Below the pieces are notes generated by a model, which saw only the letters and a list, made by a program, of their open reading frames with translations, had not been told where the DNA came from and made no database searches. From Aquabacterium sp. (GTDB lineage: Bacteria > Pseudomonadota > Gammaproteobacteria > Burkholderiales > Burkholderiaceae_C): a stretch of DNA of 11,061 bases. Every line of letters begins with the position of its first letter. Within the stretch, counting starts at the first letter, position 1. Below, piece after piece: positions 1 through 6,386 of the stretch. The DNA lies in the NCBI GenBank assembly GCA_046160725.1, contig JBJXHB010000079.1, positions 1-11,061 on the forward strand, in the 5' to 3' direction. A program made the position numbers and the translations under genes.

Positions 1-763
1 CGCGCCGCATCATCAGCTCGCGGTTGGTGGCGGCGAAGCGCTGGGCCCAGCCCACGGCGCGCACGTAGTCACCGAAGTAGCGGCTGCCCTCCTCGAAGTA
101 GGCCAGGTCGCGGTCCGGCAGGTTGGCGTTGTTGCGAATCGCGTCCTGCTTGGCCAGTTCGATGAACATCGTGCCGATGAAGTTGCCCACGCCGCGCGAG
201 CCCGAATGCAGCATGAACCACACGAAGCCGGCCTCGTCCAGGCAAACCTCGATGAAGTGGTTGCCGGTGCCCAGGGTGCCCAGGTGCTTGAGGTGATTGG
301 TCTTTTCCAGCTTGGGGTAGTCGCGGCAGAGTTCGGTGAATTCCGGATCCAGCTCGGCCCAGGCGGTGTTGACCGCGCCAGGAGGCTTCTGCCAGGCACC
401 CGGGTCGTGGCCGCCGGGCTTGCGCCCGTGCGGCACCGCGCGCTCGATGGCCGAGCGCAGCGGGCCCAGGTTGTCTGGCAGGTCCTCGGCCGTCAGCGTG
501 GTCTTGCAGGCGATCATGCCGCAGCCGATGTCCACGCCCACCGCGGCCGGGATGATGGCCTTGAGGGTCGGGATCACCGAGCCCACGGTGGCGCCGATGC
601 CGAAGTGCACGTCCGGCATCACCGCAACGTGCGGATGGACGATCGGCAGGCGCGCCGCGTTGGCCAACTGGCGCCGCGCCGCGTCCTCGACCGGCACGCC
701 GTGGGTCCACATCTTCAGCGGCACGCCGCCGGGGCTGTCTTCGTGGATGTGGCCTATTTCCAT
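1..763 (-). CDS. rtcB: RNA-splicing ligase RtcB, partial: N-terminal ~254 aa, C-terminus beyond the window. Start ATG is the reverse complement of 761-763.
   Basis: Manual minus-strand translation MEIGHIHEDSPGGVPLKMWTHGVPVE...VMPDVHFGIGATVGSVIPT...GTLGTGNHFIEVCLD...MLHSGSRGVGN. It is colinear with E. coli RtcB (KMWTKGVPVE, MPDVHLGKG, GNHFIE, HSGSRG metal and GTP-binding motifs). AGGA-like RBS (aaggaaa) about 8 nt upstream. Not in the ORF track because it has no in-window stop. Confidence 0.9.
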   Translation of the reverse strand, partial: MEIGHIHEDSPGGVPLKMWTHGVPVEDAARRQLANAARLPIVHPHVAVMPDVHFGIGATVGSVIPTLKAIIPAAVGVDIGCGMIACKTTLTAEDLPDNLGPLRSAIERAVPHGRKPGGHDPGAWQKPPGAVNTAWAELDPEFTELCRDYPKLEKTNHLKHLGTLGTGNHFIEVCLDEAGFVWFMLHSGSRGVGNFIGTMFIELAKQDAIRNNANLPDRDLAYFEEGSRYFGDYVRAVGWAQRFAATNRELMMRR

Positions 764-791
764 GATGTTTCCTTGATGGTCGAGGGATGAC

Positions 792-1934
792 TCAGCCCTT
801 CAGCGTCACCAGCCCGTTGAGCACCTGGTCCAGGCCGCCGAACACGGTGATTTTGTCGATGCGCTCGGCCACACGTTCCAGCGTCTCGAGTTCCTTCATG
901 CGCAGCGCAACGGGGCTGCCTTCCATCACCTTGGCGGTGTTGAGCAGCGATCGCGTCGCCGCGGTCTCCTCGCGACGCCGGATCGCATTGGCCTCGGCCG
1001 CCTTGCCCGCCTCCACCACCTGCGCCAAGATGGTCTTCATCGCGCCGGGCAGCACGATGTCCTTCACGCCCACGCCGACCAGCTGCATCCCGTAGTCCGC
1101 GAGCCTGGTGCTGACCTGGGTGGTCACGATCTCGTCGATCACCGTCTTGTTTTCCAGCAGTTCGTCGAGCGAACGGGTGCCCACGGCCGCGCGCAGCCCC
1201 AGCTGCAGCTCGCGATACAGGTACTCCGCCGGCTGCTGCAGTTCCCCGTAGGCCAGCTGCACGTCGCTGAACCGCCAGGTGGCCGACAGGTTCAGGCGCA
1301 GCGCCACCTTGTCGCGGGTCAGGATCTCCTGCCCCGAGACCTCGATGGTCTGCAGCCGCAGGTCCACGATCTCCACCGCCACCGGGCGCTTGAACTTCCA
1401 GAACGCGTAGGACCCCGGCTCCAGCAGGCGCTCGACCTTGCCGTAGGTCGACAGGATGCCGGCACCGTGACGGGGCACCTGCACCTGCAGCACGCCGGAC
1501 AGGCCCGCCACCGCAGGCTGGCGCTGCTGCGACTGCAGCAAACGCAACAGGACCGGCGCCGGCACCTCGGCCGACTCCGCGATTTCGATCACCTCGACAT
1601 CCACCGCCACGATGCCCTTCCAGTACAGGCGCCGGGTACCCGGCGGCATCACCTCGACCAGCGCGCCGTTCTCGGTGCGCAGGCCGACCTGGTTCTCGGT
1701 GAGTTCCACGCGCAGGAACTCCGCGGCCACGACCGCGGGCTCGCGGGCCAGCAGGTAGTCGGCCAGGCCATGGGTGAACGCGGCTTGCTCCAGCGCGAAG
1801 ATCTTCACGCTCAGATCGTCCATCGGCGCGACCAGCCAATGCGTGCCGGGCTGCAGCACGCGCTCGAAATCGCCATTGCGCAGCAGCAGGCCGCGTTCGT
1901 TCTTCTTCACAGTGACACGCTTGAGCATCTTCAT
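792..1934 (-). CDS. SPFH/band-7 (stomatin/HflK-like, slipin) domain protein, 380 aa. The N-terminal beta-region is duplicated and there is no obvious N-terminal TM helix.
   Basis: Internal start MKMLKRVTVKKNERGLLLRNGDFERVLQPGTHWL of track ORF 792..2363. GGAGAA RBS 5 nt upstream of ATG (reverse complement of 1932-1934). Second SPFH-like N-strand GKVERLLEPGSYAFWKFKRPVAVEIVDLRLQTIEVSGQEILTRDKVAL. C-terminus AQVVEAGKAAEANAIRRREETAATR...KITVFGG is typical of band-7 coiled-coil tails. The stop lies 28 nt upstream of the rtcB start. Confidence 0.85.
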   Translation of the reverse strand: MKMLKRVTVKKNERGLLLRNGDFERVLQPGTHWLVAPMDDLSVKIFALEQAAFTHGLADYLLAREPAVVAAEFLRVELTENQVGLRTENGALVEVMPPGTRRLYWKGIVAVDVEVIEIAESAEVPAPVLLRLLQSQQRQPAVAGLSGVLQVQVPRHGAGILSTYGKVERLLEPGSYAFWKFKRPVAVEIVDLRLQTIEVSGQEILTRDKVALRLNLSATWRFSDVQLAYGELQQPAEYLYRELQLGLRAAVGTRSLDELLENKTVIDEIVTTQVSTRLADYGMQLVGVGVKDIVLPGAMKTILAQVVEAGKAAEANAIRRREETAATRSLLNTAKVMEGSPVALRMKELETLERVAERIDKITVFGGLDQVLNGLVTLKG

Positions 1935-2693
1935 GGTGTTCTCCGGTTGTGGGATGCGTGGGGTGGTCTGGTGACGGTGTAGGTGCCGTACAGCAGCAGC
2001 CGCGGACCGCGAATGCCAGGGCTGGGGCACCAGGGTGTGCCGAGGCCGTCTTCGGTTCGCCGGGTTGCGCAACCCCGCAAGGGGCTTCGCGCCGGGCGAT
2101 GAAGGCCGTCTCGGCTGGCCATGGGCGCCATGCCCCGCTTGCTCGCGGCACAAGCGGCCGCCGCTGATGGGCCGGTGCCCCGCTGCCTTGCGGCAGCCGT
2201 GCAACGTCCCACGTCCGGCGTGGTCTTTCGACCAGCTTCTGGGTTTCAATACCAGGACTTGCAGCGGGGGGTTGTGCCCGCCTTGAACAACGGTTTCAGT
2301 CGTTGTTCGTCTGCAGCTTCGGGCGGTCCGGCATGGACGACACCAACGGGCGGACCCGGGCATCGCCCACCAGCGGGGAGAACCTCACGTTGCAACGAGG
2401 CCCGATCCCCTGGCCTTTCGGCTCTCGCCTTCCTCAGCAGATTCGTGTGTGCCCGGGCCACTCAGCCCAGGCGCGATCCTTTCGGCGGCCGGTTTGACCG
2501 GCACGATGGTTGTTCTGTCGCACGCACTTCGGCTGTGTCCCTGCGCGAGAATCCCGTCGGATGTGGTGTCTCGCTGCACGGGGCCAGGCCCTGGACCGCG
2601 CACATCCCGGGCCACCAACACCTGTCGGCGTGGCCACGGAGTGCAGGGGCACACCCGAAGTGGGGCGATCAGAAAAGCGATCGAACAAAGAAA

Positions 2694-2724
2694 GAGGCCC
2701 GGATCCTTTCGGCATCCGGGCCTC
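2694..2724 (-). terminator. Rho-independent terminator on the minus strand. Perfect 11-bp GC-rich stem (gaggcccggat / atccgggcctc) with a 9-nt loop, then UUUCUUUGUU on the minus strand.
   Basis: Read directly. 2694-2704 pairs with 2714-2724. The plus strand has an A-rich run (aaagaaag) 5' of the stem and no T-run 3', so the terminator is oriented for minus-strand transcripts coming from >2724. Confidence 0.5.
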
Positions 2725-2942
2725 TGCGTACAGAGTGGGAAGGTGCGCGCGAACTAGTGGTGTCCTGCGTGTCCTTCACCCGGAATCGATGGGCCCTGGG
2801 CGCTGCCGCGTGGGCCGACGCCTATTGAGGCAAGGCCCAGCGCAACGCGTGCGACCACACCCCGGCCCTGTGTGGGTGGGTTGGTCCAATGGGCGCGGTG
2901 TGTCTTCACGGTCTGGCTCGGTGGGTCGATTCGGGGCGGACT

Positions 2943-2957
2943 GTAAAGAGTCTTTAC
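2943..2957. promoter_or_regulatory. AT-rich 7-1-7 perfect palindrome GTAAAGA-G-TCTTTAC, 24 nt upstream of the HTH regulator start. Candidate operator overlapping its promoter.
   Basis: Read directly. It is an AT-rich island in 70% GC DNA, immediately 5' of the ATG at 2981. Confidence 0.35.
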
Positions 2958-2980
2958 GCAGCCGTCAACCCCCTGCGAGA

Positions 2981-3394
2981 ATGTTCTTCCCCCTTGTTGT
3001 GGATCGAGCGCGGCGCGTGTCCAACCTCACTGTTGCCAGAAGGCGCAATGCCCTGGCCCTGTTCCAGGACTTCGCCGAGCGCGCGGTAGCCGGCGGCGGG
3101 TCACCGAAGGGGCTGGAGCAGGCCTTCGCGGCCCTGCTGCAGGTCTCGCCCAGCATGTGGAGCCAGGTCAAGTCCGCGCGGCCGATCGGCGACAAGCTGG
3201 CGCGGCAGATCGAGGCCGCCTGCGGCAAGCCATCGGGCTGGCTCGACGAGGAACGCGCGGCGGCCGTGCTCAGCCCTGCCGAGCAGACCTTTCTCGATCT
3301 CGCGCTGGCGGCCTACCGGTCGACGAATGCGCAGGGGAGACGTTCGCTGCGGGCTCAGCTTCAGGCGCTGATGAAGGAGCGCGACACGTCGTAG
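2981..3394 (+). CDS. XRE/Cro-CI family helix-turn-helix transcriptional regulator, 137 aa (phage-repressor-like DNA-binding protein).
   Basis: The C-terminal part of track ORF 2510..3394. The upstream 150 aa are R/G-rich junk, so the start is taken at ATG 2981 (GTG 2999 is an alternative). The HTH signature LQVSPSMWSQVKSARPIGDKLARQIEAACGKPSGWLDEE matches the Cro/CI helix2-helix3 and 'G.R.P...wL' pattern. Confidence 0.55.
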   Translation: MFFPLVVDRARRVSNLTVARRRNALALFQDFAERAVAGGGSPKGLEQAFAALLQVSPSMWSQVKSARPIGDKLARQIEAACGKPSGWLDEERAAAVLSPAEQTFLDLALAAYRSTNAQGRRSLRAQLQALMKERDTS

Positions 3395-3651
3395 CTCATC
3401 GGCAGGTCCTGTGCCGCCACGTGGCCATGGCGTCGTACCCGATTGCCTTCAGGGACGCTTGTTCGGGCGGCGCCTTCGGGCTGTCTGCGGTGTGTCGGGA
3501 TGTCCGCTGTCGTTTCGCTTGACGCATTGGCGCGGCAAGGCCCGGGCCGGCGGGCTTGGCAGCCAGAGTCCGGCGCCCGGCCCTGCGGTCCGGGTGCCCT
3601 GCGATCCTCGGCACGGGGCTTAAAGCATGAGCACTTGGCCCAACCCGGGGA

Positions 3652-3686
3652 CCCCTGCGGCCCCTGCGCCCCTGCGGCCCCTGCGG
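3652..3686. repeat. Tandem repeat, ~4 copies of the 9-nt unit CCCCTGCGG (one copy 8 nt), ending in GGGGG.
   Basis: Read directly at 3652-3690, in ORF-poor DNA between the HTH regulator and the TA module. Confidence 0.6.
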
Positions 3687-3851
3687 GGGCTGTCGAGATC
3701 GGACAACAAATCCGAACCACCGGCAGCCAGATTCAACAGATCGCTATGGTCCAAGTCACGCAAACTGGCCTCCACGAAACCCGGTGCGGTTCACGGCGCC
3801 GGTGCGCCGCAGTTGCAAGCCATCCGAGCGGGCGGCTCATGCCGAGTCAAG

Positions 3852-3880
3852 TTGCGAGGATATATCCATTTCAGTATAGT
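3852..3880 (+). promoter_or_regulatory. Sigma70-type promoter TTGCGA-17nt-TATAGT for the toxin-antitoxin operon. The spacer contains the perfect palindrome GGATATATCC (3858-3867). The -10 ends 6 nt before the toxin ATG, so the mRNA is probably leaderless.
   Basis: Read directly. The 17-nt spacer is exact and there is no SD between the -10 and ATG 3887. The palindrome is a plausible antitoxin autorepression operator. Confidence 0.5.
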
Positions 3881-3886
3881 CACGCC

Positions 3887-4063
3887 ATGAAGGCGATCAC
3901 CTTCCTGGGCAACTCGCTGGCGTGCTTGCGCGATTTCCCAGAGGACGCGAGACAGGACGCCGGTTACGTGCTGCACGCCTTCCAGAAGAAGACCCAGGCC
4001 ACCAGCAAGCAGGACATCGAGATTGCGAGAAGTCGATACACCGAACTGATGCGAGGGCGTTGA
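3887..4063 (+). pseudogene. HigB/RelE-ParE-fold toxin (HI1419 / Gp49-like 'addiction module killer' family) with an in-frame internal deletion. It encodes 58 aa against ~100-115 aa expected.
   Basis: MKAITFLGNSLACLRDFPEDARQDAGY joined directly to VLHAFQKKTQATSKQDIEIARSRYTELMRGR. The conserved N-terminus and the C-terminal 'VYVLHAFQKKTQKT' box are present, but the central beta-sheet core (~45 aa) is missing. The stop overlaps the antitoxin start (ATGA-type overlap at 4061-4065). Confidence 0.6.
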
Positions 4064-4347
4064 TGAAGAAGCGAGACAAGACCTACGCCAGCGTCTGGGA
4101 CGCCCTGGCCGACACGCCCGAGCAGGCGGCCAACCTGCAGGCCAGGGCGGACCTGATGCGCCAGCTCGCCGAGCTGATCCAGGCCAAGGGCTGGAAACAG
4201 ATCGAAGCGGCCGAGCGCTGCGGTGTCACTCAGCCACGCATCAACGATCTGCTGCGCGGGCGCGTGTCGCGGTTCTCGCTCGATGCTCTGGTGAACATCG
4301 CGACGTCGCTCGGGCGGCGCGTGAGCGTGGAGCTCGAAGCGGCCTGA
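4063..4347 (+). CDS. higA: HigA-family / HTH_37-type antitoxin (XRE HTH), 94 aa.
   Basis: MKKRDKTYASVWDALADTPEQAANLQARADLMRQLAELIQAKGWKQIEAAERCGVTQPRINDLLRGRVSRFSLDALVNIATSLGRRVSVELEAA, with the characteristic 'PRI(S/N)DLLRGR...FSLDALV...LGRRV' signature of antidotes paired with Gp49/HigB-like toxins. The track ORF 3922..4347 uses an upstream in-frame ATG. ATG 4063 is preferred because it overlaps the toxin stop. Confidence 0.8.
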   Translation: MKKRDKTYASVWDALADTPEQAANLQARADLMRQLAELIQAKGWKQIEAAERCGVTQPRINDLLRGRVSRFSLDALVNIATSLGRRVSVELEAA

Positions 4348-4386
4348 GCGCAGCAGCGACGCGCTGGCCCTTGCCGCGCAGTCACA

Positions 4387-5364
4387 TCAGGCCAGCGCTA
4401 GGAACACCCCAAACCATCCCCGCTCGTCGGTCCAGTGCTGCACATCCCGCCAGCCCGCGTCGTGCAGCAGGGCCTTGAAGCCGGGCAGCGTCCACTTGTA
4501 CGAGTTCTCGGTGTGCATCCGCTCGCCGGCGGCAAAGGCGCGCTGCCCGCCGTCGAACGACACCGTGACATCACGCCGCGCCTGCAGATGCATCTCGATG
4601 CGCGACTCGGCGGTGTTGAAGAAGGCCACATGGGCCCAGTCACGGACGTGGAAGTCCGCGCCGATCAGGGCGTTCACGTGCTTGAGCAGGTTGAGGTTGA
4701 AGGCCGCCGTCACCCCCAGCGCGTCGTCATAGGCCGGCTCCAGGATGTCGCTAGCCTTGACCAGGTCGACGCCGATCAGCAGCGCGCCGCCGCCGCTGGC
4801 CTCGCGCGCCTCGCGCATCAGGCGCAGCGCATCCTGCGGCGCGAAGTTGCCGATGCTGGAGCCGGGGTAGAAGACCACGGCCGGGCCGCCCGGCAGCTCG
4901 GCCGGCAGCTGCAGGCGCTGCGAGAAGTCCAGCCCCAGGCCCACCATCTCGATGCCGGGATGCTCCCGCGCCAGGCGCGTCACGCCGTCGCGCAGATAGG
5001 CCACCGAGATGTCCACCGGCACATAGCGGCGCGGCCGCATCAGCGGAAACAGCCGCGCACTCTTGGCCCCATCGCCCGCGCCCAGGTCGATCCAGGTCAA
5101 GTCCGTGCCGACCGCCGCGTGCACCGCGGCGGCCATCGCCGGCCCGTGCGCCGCGAAGATGGCGGCCTCGGTGCGGGTCGGGTAGTACTCCGGCAGCTCG
5201 GTGATGGCGTCGAACAGCCGCGACCCCAGCGGGTCGTACAGATACTTGGGAGAAACCCGCGCTGGCGACAGGGCCAGGCCGGCGCGCAGCTCGGCGCGCA
5301 CACCCTCCTGGTCCTCGTGATGCAGCTGGATGAAGCGCGCCGGCGCGACTTGGATGGTGGGCAT
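4387..5364 (-). CDS. egtD: L-histidine N-alpha-methyltransferase EgtD (ergothioneine biosynthesis), 325 aa.
   Basis: Track ORF 4387..5487 trimmed to the internal start MPTIQVAPARF (ATG is the reverse complement of 5362-5364). Sequence shows ...YLYDPLGSRLFDAITELPEYYPTRTE...VDLGAGDG...FYPGSSIGNF...ENSYKWT..., the EgtD/dimethylhistidine methyltransferase fold and length. Confidence 0.88.
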   Translation of the reverse strand: MPTIQVAPARFIQLHHEDQEGVRAELRAGLALSPARVSPKYLYDPLGSRLFDAITELPEYYPTRTEAAIFAAHGPAMAAAVHAAVGTDLTWIDLGAGDGAKSARLFPLMRPRRYVPVDISVAYLRDGVTRLAREHPGIEMVGLGLDFSQRLQLPAELPGGPAVVFYPGSSIGNFAPQDALRLMREAREASGGGALLIGVDLVKASDILEPAYDDALGVTAAFNLNLLKHVNALIGADFHVRDWAHVAFFNTAESRIEMHLQARRDVTVSFDGGQRAFAAGERMHTENSYKWTLPGFKALLHDAGWRDVQHWTDERGWFGVFLALA

Positions 5365-5506
5365 CGGGTTCACTGTAGCGGGGCTTGACCGACCGCCGCA
5401 CGGGTGGATGGCGGCTGAGTTGTAATCTGCGGCCGATGCGCGGCGACCTTCCGTCGCACCGGCCGGTGCCGTCCTTCGTCGTTCCAACCCTGACTGGAGT
5501 TACGCC

Positions 5507-6373
5507 ATGCTCGACCTTTCCCCCTCCCGCACCCTGAAAGCCCTGATGACCCTGGCGCTGGTGGCCATCGGCACGCTGGCGCATGCCCAGGCCGTGTTCC
5601 GCGTCACCACCATACCGGAGGAGGCGGCCACCGAGCAGGTGCGCAAGTTCACCCCGTTGGCGACGTACCTTGAAAAGAAGTTGGGCGTGAAGGTCGAGTT
5701 CACCCCGGTCAGCGACTATCCCGCCGCCGTCGAGGCCCTGGTCAACAAGAAGGTCGACCTGGTCTGGTTTGGTGGCTTCACCCATGTGCAGGCGCAGATC
5801 CGCTCCGGCGGCAAGATCGTGCCGATCGCGCAGCGCGAGGAAGACACCCAGTTCCGCTCGGTCTTCATTGCCAAGACCGACTCCGGCATCAAGACCATGG
5901 CCGACATGAAGGGCAAGCAGGTCAGCTTCGGATCGCAGAGCAGCACCTCGGGCCACCTGATGCCGCGCAGCAACCTGCTGGACGCCGGCATCAACCCGGA
6001 CAAGGATTTCCGCCGCATCGCCTACAGCGGTGCGCATGACGCGACCATCGCCTCGGTGGTCAGCGGCAAGGTCGACGCCGCCGCGCTGGACATCACCGTG
6101 TGGCGCAAGTTCGTGTCCGAGAACAAGGTCGACACCAAGGCGGTCGACGTGTTCTTCACCACCCCCCCGTACTACAACTACAACTGGTCGGTGCATGCCG
6201 ACATGCCCGCCGCGATGCGCGACAGGGTGCAGAAGGCACTGCTGGACCTGGACTCGGCCACGCCGGAAGGCAAGGAGATCCTGCAGTTGAACCGGGCCAC
6301 GCGCTACATCCCGACCAAGGCCGAGAACTACAAGGGCCTGGAGGCCGCCGGCCGCAGCGCCGGGCTGATCTGA
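5507..6373 (+). CDS. phnD: PhnD/PtxB-family periplasmic substrate-binding protein of a phosphonate-type ABC transporter, 288 aa with a signal peptide.
   Basis: N-terminal signal MLDLSPSRTLKALMTLALVAIGTLAHAQA. Colinear with E. coli PhnD (KLGVKVEF..DY.....KVDLVWFGG; anion-binding loop FGSQSSTSGHLMP vs FGNGDPNSTSGFLVP). GGAG RBS at 5496-5499. Confidence 0.85.
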   Translation: MLDLSPSRTLKALMTLALVAIGTLAHAQAVFRVTTIPEEAATEQVRKFTPLATYLEKKLGVKVEFTPVSDYPAAVEALVNKKVDLVWFGGFTHVQAQIRSGGKIVPIAQREEDTQFRSVFIAKTDSGIKTMADMKGKQVSFGSQSSTSGHLMPRSNLLDAGINPDKDFRRIAYSGAHDATIASVVSGKVDAAALDITVWRKFVSENKVDTKAVDVFFTTPPYYNYNWSVHADMPAAMRDRVQKALLDLDSATPEGKEILQLNRATRYIPTKAENYKGLEAAGRSAGLI

Positions 6374-6386
6374 TACCGGGCACCCG

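Noticed and set aside
206-790. Plus-strand ORFs 206..790 and 336..776, and minus-strand ORFs 13..399 and 69..710
   Set aside because: They overlap the RtcB coding frame, which has near-identical colinearity with E. coli RtcB over 250 aa. The alternatives are low-complexity and out of frame.
1935-2200. Sigma54 (-24/-12) promoter upstream of SPFH-rtcB, as in E. coli rtcBA
   Set aside because: Scanned the plus strand for the reverse-complement pattern TGCAA-N4-CGTGCCA and found no acceptable match. TGGGGCACC at 2022-2030 is on the wrong strand and has an extra G.
2510-2980. N-terminal 157 aa of track ORF 2510..3394
   Set aside because: R/G-rich junk with no domain character. The recognisable HTH protein begins at about 2981, and an operator-like palindrome sits at 2943-2957, which would lie inside the coding region if the long form were real.
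3443-3886. Upstream part of 206-aa ORF 3443..4063, and 87-aa ORF 3627..3890 spanning the tandem repeat
   Set aside because: The translations (PCGPCAPAAPAG..., repeat-derived) are low complexity. The toxin homology starts only at ATG 3887, which is immediately preceded by a consensus promoter.
1935-3886. tRNA or tmRNA gene as islet integration site
   Set aside because: No GTTCGAATCC-type T-loop with a matching acceptor stem was found. The only ttcga hit (2225-2233, ggtc-tttc-gacc) has a 4-nt loop and no cloverleaf context.
5365-5506. Pho box upstream of phnD
   Set aside because: Only a single 5/7 half-site (TTGTAAT at 5420-5426) with no second direct repeat at the required 11-nt periodicity.
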